Shown piece by piece: positions 54,100 through 64,000 of a stretch of 64,000 bases of DNA. A program made the position numbers and the translations under genes. The stretch is from Octopus sinensis. Taxonomy: Eukaryota. Numbering within the stretch: position 1 is the first letter of the stretch; every line of letters begins with the position of its first letter. The notes under the pieces are model-generated. The model worked only from the letters and a program-made list of their open reading frames with translations. It searched no databases and was not told the DNA's origin. The stretch is taken from NCBI RefSeq assembly GCF_006345805.1, contig NC_042997.1, positions 174,840,001 through 174,904,000 of the forward strand. Reading direction: 5' to 3'.

Positions 54100-55820
54100 G
54101 GACGTTCTTAGTATCGAAGACCTATTAGCTTCCGTGGTTCAGTTGCAACGGCACCTACAACAAAAGCAAAAACAACAGAAACAGCAAGAACAGGTACAAC
54201 AGCAACTACAACAACAACAACAACAAAATCAATAGTTGTTGGAATTATTGCTGCAGTCAAAAAACACTTCCAGGTTCGTTTTCGGCAGACGCGGTTGCTA
54301 ATTCAATTGAATAATTTACTTATAATTCGAAAGAAAGGATTACCTTTTCTGCATACTGCAGAACTTATGAAGGAATCTTCAAGGAAGAGTGTAAAAGCTG
54401 GACGAACGGAAAGAAGATACGTCTTCTTTTAAAGAAATTATCACCAGCAGAACATGAAAAGTTTTGTAATTACATCTTGCCGAGAAAACCATCCAAAATT
54501 TGTTTCGAGGAAACAAGCTATTATCTAAAATGTTCAGTGAAAGAAGTTCACTATTTAATATTCGCCGGGAGTATTTGAATTTGAAAAAAGGGAACATTTC
54601 GTCACGTATACCGGAATCGTAAATAGAGAATGTGAAAAATTTAAACTCGACGAATTAAGCACGGATATGTTTAAATGTTCAATCTTCGTACAAGGATTAA
54701 CGGCAAGTAAAGATGCAGCGATAAGGGCTCAAATATTGACAAAGCTTGAACAAGATTCAAAACTCTACAAATAGTGGCTGAAGAATGCCAAAGAATTATA
54801 AATCTACGATAGGACGCAGAAAAAATTGAAAAAGATTAATCAGATATACATACGTGTCGATCGGTAACAGATACGAAAAAAGAAAAACAAGTCAAGACTC
54901 AAACCATGTTATGGATGTGGAGAAATACATTTCAAGAGAAACTGTCCTTTTAAGAATCTAAAATGTTTTGGATGTGGGAAAATTGAACATAAGAATTGAC
55001 ATTGTTGGGTGAAACAAAAAGGTCGAACAAAAAAAGTTCGAGGAAAAAAGTATTGTCAACACAAATACAAAGCGAGGCACAAAAAAAAATTTTGTCTCTG
55101 TAAAAATAATGTGAATAGGAGACTTCAGTGGACACAGGTAGTGACATCACAATAATTTACGAGTATACATGGAAAAGAAAATAGGAAGGCCTGCATTGAA
55201 AAAACTGTAAAAATGGCGAGAGGCATCTTAGGAAAGCAATTATGATTTTTGGGCGAAATGATTAGTGAGGTAACATTTCGTGGGAAAACATTGAAAGCTA
55301 AGGTTTTTTTGTATAAAAAAATACGACGAACCTTTTTGGCACAGACTGGATAGAATTGTTTAATTTAGGGAACCTCCCCATAAATATTTTTCGTAATAAT
55401 GTAAATGGTTATAACACCAGTTCAAATAAGACGTCAGAAGATTTAGAAAAAGAAATTGAAAAATATTTTTCCTGATGTTCTTTCGGAAGAATTAGGTAGA
55501 TGCACCAAGACAAAAGAAAAATTTCAAGTAAAAGAAAATGCCGTACCGGTGTTTAAGCCAAAGAGAACTGTAGCTCTCGCGGCATTGAACAAAGTCAGCG
55601 AGGAATTAGATAGGCTAGAAGAGCTGGGAGTTATAGAAAAGGTTAATTATTCAGAATGGGCAGCACCAGCTGTCTATATAAAGAAAAACAATAAGAAAAT
55701 GCGAGTTTTTAACAAGATTGAACGAATGTTTAAGGACATACAATTATCCACTACCAAGCCCAGAGGAAATTTTGGCGAAACACAAAATCATCCATGTAAA
55801 AGAGATGATTTATATTTTTA
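54100..55820 (+). mobile_element. Decayed Ty3/Gypsy (Mag/K02A2.6-like) gag-pro-RT relic
   Basis: Gag KIRLLLKKLSPAEHEKFCNYILP..FVQGL; two CCHC knuckles (CYGCGEIHFKRNC, CFGCGKIEH); protease DTGSDITI (~55130); RT start FPDVLSEELG..SEWAAPAVYIKK. Confidence 0.85.
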
Positions 55821-55821
55821 G

Positions 55822-56835
55822 CAAACATTTTATAGCTATATTGTACATCATCGAGCAATTTCGAGAGAGGTATTAAGGCTAGACAAAATAGGAGTGGTGG
55901 CAGAGAGTCACCCTGGAAAATGCCACGTGAAATTCTTACATCTCCAGCATTGAGAGATTCATTGTCAACGTTCAAAGTCAGTCTGGTTCTCCATGATCTT
56001 GTACTTACAGATACGAAGTTTCGCTGAGTAGGTGCTTTTTATACATTTCCAGGCATTTCTTAATCCAGCTATGTGGTAAACTATCAAAAGCTTTTTTAAA
56101 GTTTATCCAGACTATCGACAAATTCTTGTTTTTGTTTGTGACAATCTTCCACGATATTCTTAAAGATGAGTAACTAATCTTTACAACCATAGGACCCACG
56201 TTTACATCTTTTTGTTCATTAGGGAAGATGCCACTTTCTATTTAAAAAAAAACTATAGGTGAATTCAGTCAAGACAGATGTTAGTATTTTATACATTGTT
56301 GTTAAGGAGGTTATGGTTCTATAATTTTTGGCTCATTTGCTTCTTCATTTTTTTTTTTTTGAAGTAGAAATATAACACCATTAACTAGCCAATAGGGAAT
56401 AGTACCAGGTTGCTGCAAAACACTGTTGTAAAGTTTTGCTAGTTCATGATTCTCTATGAAGGCCTTTAAGTAGAAGTTAGGGGTTTTATCCTTTCTTGAA
56501 AACTTCCATTTGCTTGATTTCTTGAGAGTAGATCTTACTTCCTCTACCTTGATGCCTTCCCACTTTTGCTCTTCTAAGGAATTTAAGTCGGTAGATATTC
56601 TATCAATCCAAGGGGCCATTTAATTGTGTTTTATATTTTGCCGAAAGTTTATTCCAAAATTCCTGCGCTTTTTTTTTTTCTTTTGATGGAACAGACTTTA
56701 CTGTAACTTGTATTTTCCCTATCTTCCTGTAAAAAAAATTTTGAACTATTTTTCAACATTTTGTTGTCCTTGAAGAACCTGACGCGCTTTTCATGCTGTG
56801 CTATGCGGACAGCTTTAGCACATACCTTTTGCGTA
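55822..56835 (-). mobile_element. Decayed R4/Dong-type LINE reverse transcriptase abutting the Gypsy relic
   Basis: EKRVRFFKDNK; LSIVWINFKKAFDSLPHSWI; RGIFQGDSLPPLLFCLAL; NHLFYMDD. Confidence 0.85.
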
Positions 56836-56959
56836 ATTATTATTATCATTGAGTGATATGCCATCAAAGTGACACTGAAGTAAAATATACGAAGCCCAGT
56901 ATACCCATCATGACATTAGGCACATGCATCACAACCATATGTGAGTGACATGGTGATCA

Positions 56960-57290
56960 CATATCAAGATATAGTTCCACTGCATGGCACCTTGGGCAAG
57001 TGTCTTCTACTATAGCCTCGAGCCTACTAAAGCCGTGTAAATATAAAATGGCGGAAACTGAAAGAATCCCGTCGGATATATATATATTTATATTATATAT
57101 ATATATATATGTATGTATGTATATATTTGCGCGTGCAACCGATGCTAGTATGTTTACGTCCCTGTAAACTAGCAGTTCGGCAAAAGCGACCAATAGAAGT
57201 ACTGGATTTCTTCGGCTGAAAAACCCTTTAAGGCGGTGCTCCAGCATGGCCATAGTCAAATGACTGAAACAAGTAAAAGAAAAAAAGAAT
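56960..57290 (+). mobile_element. SINE-A, head decayed
   Basis: CCTTGGGCAAGTGTCTTCTACTATAGCC core and tail. Confidence 0.8.
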
Positions 57291-57885
57291 AAAAGAATGT
57301 GTGTGGGTGGGTGTATTCATATATGCGTAAATACATGTACACACAAACATGTGTGTGTGTGTGTGTGTGTGTGGTATTGTGTCAGATAATTGACATTGTG
57401 TAAAACTCAAGACTGAATTCAGGAAAAGAAAAAATATATATACTAAGAATAAAAGAATAAAGGAATCTAGACAGGAATATAGGAATAAAAGATTAAAGCA
57501 GAACAGCAAGAGAATAATGAAGGTCAGTAATAGAAAACTGACACTTGGTGATTGATGGATTACATATGGTGTCGGTGGTGTGAAGACAAGTTTGCAGCAA
57601 CTTTCATGCATCACCACATTCTGTGCATAGCATGTGAATTTCATGGATCCCAGTACAGCGGCTTTTATGTTTATATTGAATGTGAATATGTGTTGGGGAG
57701 TGAGGTGGCGATTACTTGCGGCGCGCGAGCATGCGTCTTTGGTAATTAAGACCTAAGTCCAGATCTTGATTTACACACAAGCTTTGTAGTATAATGTAGT
57801 AGTAGTAGTAGTAGTAGTAGTTGCTGTTGTTGATAGTGGTGGTTGTGGTGGCAGCAGTCGATGGTGGTATTGGTTGTAGTGGGTC

Positions 57886-58119
57886 AAGGCGGCGAACTGG
57901 CAGAGACGTTAGCACGCCGGGCGAAATGCTTAGCAGTATTTCGTCTGTCGCTACGTTCTGAGTTCAAATTCCGCCGAGGTCCACTTTGCCTTTCATCCTT
58001 TTGGGGTCGATTAAATAAGTACCAGTTATGCACTGGGGTCGATATAATCGACTTAATCCGTTTGTCTGTCCTTGTTTGTCCTCTCTGTGTTTAGCCCCTT
58101 GTGGGTGGTAAAGAAATAG
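57886..58119 (+). mobile_element. SINE-B, full length
   Basis: Consensus match. Confidence 0.9.
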
Positions 58120-58199
58120 TTATTGGTTGTAGTGGGTCTTTTTACACCCAGATCAGCTCTGATCGAGTTCATTTCTGATCAAAGCTGTTCTTCTTACGA

Positions 58200-59370
58200 C
58201 TACTCTCTTTACTCTTTTACTCTTTTGTTTCAGTCTTTTGACTGTGACCATGCTGAAGCACCGCCTTTAGTCGAGCAAAACGAGCCCAGGAGTTATTCTT
58301 TGTAAGCCTAGTACTTATTATATCGGTCTGTTTTGCCGAACCGCTAAGTTACGGGGATGTAAACACACCAGCATCGGTTGTCAAGCGATGTTGGGGGGGG
58401 GGGCAAACACAGACACAAACATATGTATAAGTTACGGGGACGTAAACAAACCAGCACAGGTTGTCACGTGGCGATGGGGTACAAAAACAGATACAAAGAC
58501 ACACATACATAATTATATATACAACGAGCTTCTTCAGTTTCCGTCAACCAAATATTTATTGTCAGGTCGCTCTTGAGCGCTACTGGTAACATGTAACCTG
58601 TCGCGTGGTCGGGTCGTCCATCAACACCACCGTTCTTTCCGCTAAGTTTTTTAGCCATTGTTTAGGTGGGATGATTTCCCACTCTAACGCAGTGTTCAAT
58701 TGCTTCGCCATGGAAACAGTTAAAAAAATAAAATTTCAAACAATTGCTTGGTGAGGAGGGTGATTGTTGGACACCCTGCAGGACGAAAAATAAGACCCGT
58801 CAAAGAGTGGAAGAACAACTGTGTAGTCAACGGCCAATTCAACAAGTACTTTGTCGCGGTGAAATGTCTGTGCGCTCCATTGACCTGGAGAGCTATGCTG
58901 GAAAGAGAGAAATCTTCAGGCAGGTCTTACCAAGCCAGATAGATCGAAGGGTAGGAGACAGACAAAACCTTAACGACAATAAATCGAAGTGTCAGCAGCA
59001 GGACATGGATTTAGTTATCGGCAGGACCTAACAGATCAGATTCCAAGCTTTGAACTAGCAGAATGTCATGCAGAGGATCTTGAATACAAGACAATGGCTG
59101 AGACCCTAATATTCCTAGTTAGATGGAAACTGCGGGAACACATGGAGTAGCGCCCTGTGACTCCTATAGTATGCGCAACCGAAACCGCTAGGGGCGTCCT
59201 ATGAGGCGACTTAGATGAGATAGATGAGATCTACTAAATCCATTCACAAGGCTTTGGCCGACCTGAGGCTAAAGTAGAAGACACTTGCCCAAGATGTTAT
59301 GCAGTCGGACTGAACCTGGAACCATGTGGTTGGAAGCAAGCTTCGTTCTACACACCCACGCCTGCACCTA
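58200..59370 (-). mobile_element. SINE-A split by a 676-bp insertion
   Basis: Tail 58200-58553 and head 59230-59370 rejoin at TCTACCAAAT. Confidence 0.85.
58554..59229 (+). mobile_element. Non-autonomous retroelement, possibly RTE-derived
   Basis: Imperfect 10-bp target-site duplication; ends in (TAGATGAGA)2; no RT coding seen. Confidence 0.5.
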
Positions 59371-59758
59371 TTTATTTATATATATTTACATTTGATATTG
59401 TTATTGATGATATTCTTTCGGGGAAAAATACCTAAGTGGCCCAAATGGTAGGGTAGCGGGACTTGCAATAGTTAGCAAGCTATAAGCTTTTTCTCCTTTT
59501 ATATTTTTTTATCTATTTTTCTTCTGTGTATATATACTGATTTTAGGATTGGATGGACACCACCTACTAAATTTTAGTCGGTTGTATAAATTACGCCAGT
59601 ACTTATTTCAAATTTGAATCCATTCAACTCAGAATGTGAAGGAACACAACCAAATACACAATCACTGGACTGTGCCCATACTGGAGCACAGCATTCAAAG
59701 ATATAATCAAATATAATGACCTCGTTTCTCTACTGTTTCGTATTGCATCAATATATAC

Positions 59759-59806
<48 letters not shown>

Positions 59807-59810
<4 letters not shown>

Positions 59811-61000
59811 GGGAAGAAACTGACAAGAGCTTGGGTCTGCGGGCTGCCACCCGAGATGGAGCCCAGTGGATAGAGGACACTATCCGCCGGGGTCTGGGTG
59901 GCAACGGACCTAAGCTATTAAATGTGAAACTATTGCCGGCGGCTGATTGGGTGGAGTCAAAAGCGGTTTTGACCCTATGGACCCAATCAGCCGCTAAAGA
60001 TCTGATATTTCCAGATTTTTTGAAAACGGCCGGGTGCAGGTACCCAGTGATACTTGAGGGACGCCCCCCCCCCCGCCCCAAGTGTCACCAGTGCCTGGAA
60101 CCGGGCCATATTAAGAAGAACTGTCCCCAGGACCAAAGTAGGATCCTGGAGCATTTAGTAAAAATAGCGCCCCTCCTCCTTCGGAGGGAGAGATGGAGGG
60201 AAAAAAGGAAGAAGGTGGATAACAATGGTTTCCCACCGAAGGATCCCAAGGCTGCAGGAGGAAGGGAAGATCCTCCGGATAAAACGGAAGAACCACGCCC
60301 TACCGTAGTAAAAGGGAGAAAAAAAAGAATGGGACATTGCCGGCGGTTAGTAGCACACTGCTGGCATGTCCTGAAACCTCGTCGGTGGGAATTGGACCAC
60401 CGACGGACGAAACTGTGGCCCTTCTCATTATGATGAAGGATAAATTTGTGATCTTTTTTCATAAGGGAGGGACTGTACAGTGCATTGTGAAGAAGCTAAA
60501 AGGCCGGAGGGAGGGGATCCTTTCTGTACTGAAGACCGGACTGGCCTCTGCAGTTAAATGCGCAGGTCATAATAGAAAATGATATGTTCTGGATGATGGA
60601 CTCCTTTCTCAAGGACCAATACAGTTTTGCTTTCTGGGGCCCCGACTTAGAACTGCGGGATGGCCTGCGGTAGGCAAGTTGCCTGGTCGGGGAGGAAAGA
60701 TAAGAGGCCTTAGTGCCTCGATTTGAAATTTGAATTTGTTATTTTTTGGTAAGAGGCTCAGCGCCTCGTCTTGTAAGGACGATTGCATCCATTCTTTGAA
60801 CTTTGGTAAGAGATTCAGTACCTCATTTTGTTTTGTTGCGAAAAAGAGAACAATGTTTTCGGGAAGCAGCAATCGGCGAGCGTTGTCTGCTTTCCCCCAC
60901 CAACCATCCTTTCCTTTTTTTCATTCCATTATCATTTGTGTCTTTGTCCAGCCCGAAAATACATCTTAGTAAGGCTGTATGGCCAATTTAGGAAATAAAG
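59807..61000 (+). mobile_element. Tx1/L1-type LINE: ORF1 with CCHC knuckle, internally deleted, 3' end abutting a SINE-A head
   Basis: ORF 59807-60433: VILEGRPP..KCHQCLEPGHIKKNCP (knuckle 60083-60124); ends GGAAATAAAG; no ORF2 RT seen. Confidence 0.65.
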
Positions 61001-61362
61001 TAGCTTGCTTACCAACCATATGGTTCCGGGTTCAGACCCACTGTGTGGCACCTTGGGCAAGTGTCTTCTTCTATAGCCTCAGGCCGAACAAAGCCTTGCG
61101 AGTGGATTTGGTAGACGGAAACTGAAAGAAGCCCGTCGTATATATGTATATGTATGTGTATCTATGTTTGTCCCCCCAACATCACTTGCCAACCGATATT
61201 TGTGTGTTTACGTCCCCGTAATTTAGCGGTTCGGCAAAATGTGACCGATAGAATAAGTACTAGACTTCTAAAGAATAAGTTCAGGGGTCGATTTGCTCGA
61301 TTAAAGGTGGTGCTCCAGCATGGCCAGAGTCAAATGACTGAAACAAGTAAAAGAATAAAAGA
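61001..61362 (+). mobile_element. SINE-A lacking the first ~25 nt
   Basis: Starts at TAGCTTGCTTACCAACC. Confidence 0.9.
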
Positions 61363-61767
61363 GGATATATATATATAACGAGAGAAAGAAAGGGATGGAG
61401 AGAGATAGGAAGATTCTAAGATATATTTTTTCGAGAAAAATATTACGAAGACGATAAGTTATTGCCCCTGCTATCATGATACAAAAAAAAACTAACGCAT
61501 ATGAAGAAAACCTGAAAGATCTATGACATTGAGCAAATTCATGGAAATATTAGACAAGATTCGTGTTCAAAAATAATTCTTCACACTCATTCCAGTGTTA
61601 CAGATACTCAACAATTTTGTAACTGTTCTTAGACTATATAGTCAAACGCTATTCGCGCATATTTTTAAATTTTCGATCGTGTACACGTGTAAATTCACGC
61701 GCATATAAACGTGTGTGTGGGTGTGTATGTGTGGGTGTGTGAATATAGATACACAACAATAACATAC

Positions 61768-61769
<2 letters not shown>

Positions 61770-61843
<74 letters not shown>

Positions 61844-61899
61844 TGCGTATGTGAGCTTATTGATATATATATGCATGTATGTATATGTATACGTGTCTC

Positions 61900-61953
<54 letters not shown>

Positions 61954-62195
61954 CACATTATATTACATGCATTTACATATAAACACATATATATACATAT
62001 ACATATATACATATATACATATATATAACATATATATATAGATACATATTTACATGTATATATATATATAATATATATATTATATACATATATATATATA
62101 CATACATATATACATATATACATATATATATATCACCTACACGCAAATATAGAGATTGGAAAACATATTTGCACACACACACACACTATATATAT

Positions 62196-62262
<67 letters not shown>

Positions 62263-62422
62263 GTATGTATGTATGTATATATATGAATGAGAAGATATAT
62301 AATACACATATATACACACTGCACATACAGGTACACCGACGCATACGTATACATATGCATATACATACACTATATATACACATACTATACATACACAGAT
62401 ATGCATATACATATACGTATGC

Positions 62423-62474
<52 letters not shown>

Positions 62475-62509
62475 GCATACGTATATGTATATGCATATAC
62501 ATACATAAG

Positions 62510-62551
<42 letters not shown>

Positions 62552-63111
62552 ATATATATATATAATATATTCGAACCACAGGCATATATCTATACAACCA
62601 TTCATACAAAAGGCATGAAACATGCACATCGCATACGCACAGTGTGAAAGTGAGGGCAAGAGTTAGGGATAGTAAGTTAAGAAGGGAAAGACAAGTAAAA
62701 ACATATGCTAGCATTTTGTATAAAGGATTGAATGAGAAGATATATAATACACATATATATATACACACTGCACATACAGGTACACCGACGCATACGTACA
62801 CATATGCATATACATACACATATATATATACACAGATATATAAGTATATATACAGAGATATATAAGTATACGAATGCATATATCTATACGTATATATGTG
62901 TGTGTGTTTGCGTGTGTGTATATGTGTACACATATATAGATATATATACACACACATATATATTATGTATATTATATATAAGGGAGTTAGATTAAGGGAG
63001 GAAGAGGAGGAAGTTAATAATAAAAGCACGAAATGCAAAGATTATGTGAGAAGAATGGAAGACTGATAGAATTCAATAAGCCAGGTGGTAAAAAGCATAT
63101 GTGTGTGTTTC

Positions 63112-63172
<61 letters not shown>

Positions 63173-63470
63173 GTGTGTGTTTGTATATATATGTACATGT
63201 GTGCATTTGTATATATATATGTGTATGTGTGTGTGTGTATATATATATATATTATACATATATATATAGAGAGAGAGAGAGTGGCAAGAAAGATTGTTAG
63301 ATAGATATACACGTGTACATATGTACGTGTGTGTATATATGTATATGTATATACATATATGTCGACATATATGCACGCGCATATATATATGTATATATGT
63401 ATGTATGTATGTACGTATGTATGTGTAACATAAAACTGCATATATATATATATATATATATGTCTGTGTA
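61770..63470. repeat. (AT)n/(AC)n/(GT)n microsatellite field with a ~100-bp local duplication
   Basis: Direct reading; ~62283-62385 repeated at ~62731-62830. Confidence 0.9.
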
Positions 63471-63639
63471 CATATACATTTATTCAAACACACGCCCACA
63501 TGGGGAGGATAGAGTGGAAAATGAGAAGAAGAAGAAGAAGAAGAAGAAGAAGAAGAAGAAGAAGATACTTCCGCCACCATCAGTAACAACAACAACAACA
63601 ACAACAATAAAGATATGAGAGATAATGAGAAAGACACTG

Positions 63640-63945
63640 CGAGGCGGGGTGACGTCGGATATCGATCGGTGTCAGAGAAAGGAAATAAGGCTGAGTAAAA
63701 AGGTGGGCAAAAAATAGAGAGCGAGAGAGAGGAAAAAGACAAATCTCGGTAGATATATAAGAAACCAGTACAAGTTTGATGTGATTGATGACAAAGAATA
63801 TGAGGCATCGTATACACGTTCAGACACATACACAGATACACTCATACACACACTAACGCATACATTGACACATATGAACACATATACACGACAACGCAAA
63901 ATGGAGGTAAAGAAATGGCGGCGTTATCTTCGGGTGACGTCACTC
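63640..63945. promoter_or_regulatory. Possible second promoter region
   Basis: GGCGGGG+TGACGTC 63643-63656; AAATGGCGGCG 63913-63923; palindromic GTGACGTCAC 63934-63943. Confidence 0.35.
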
Positions 63946-64000
63946 ATTGAAATGCTTCTCATTCAACGATGATAAACCGGCCGTCGGTGTGTAATGCGTA

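Noticed and set aside
58554-58700. HDV-like ribozyme at the 5' end of the insert
   Set aside because: Could not build P1/P2/P3 pairing with the canonical L3 by eye

Overview
AT-rich, microsatellite-saturated animal genomic DNA. The SINE families and repeat landscape point to an Octopus (coleoid cephalopod) assembly (inference). There is one 100-N gap at 24889-24988. Almost all ORFs in the supplied track come from simple repeats. Supportable content: (i) dozens of tRNA-derived SINEs of at least four families, including a CORE-like family called SINE-A here and a Meta-domain-like family called SINE-B; (ii) decayed R4/Dong-type, CR1, RTE and Tx1/L1-type LINEs, Penelope-like GIY-YIG fragments, a Ty3/Gypsy gag-pol relic, mariner and Tigger/pogo transposons, a mariner MITE and a non-autonomous Helitron; (iii) a few short, phase-compatible candidate exons of an unidentified + strand gene across about 10.6-35.1 kb; (iv) a dense RFX/CRE/CCAAT/GC-box promoter-like module at about 43.3-43.5 kb and a weaker one at the right edge. 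The most novel signal is two apparently independent insertions with similar 3' ends (a Tx1-like LINE ending at ~61000 and a 42-bp stub at 9264-9305) at the same site of the SINE-A tRNA-like head, suggesting a SINE/tRNA-targeting retrotransposon. No CRISPR, rRNA or intact tRNA gene was found. No database searches were run; family names come from recalled motifs.
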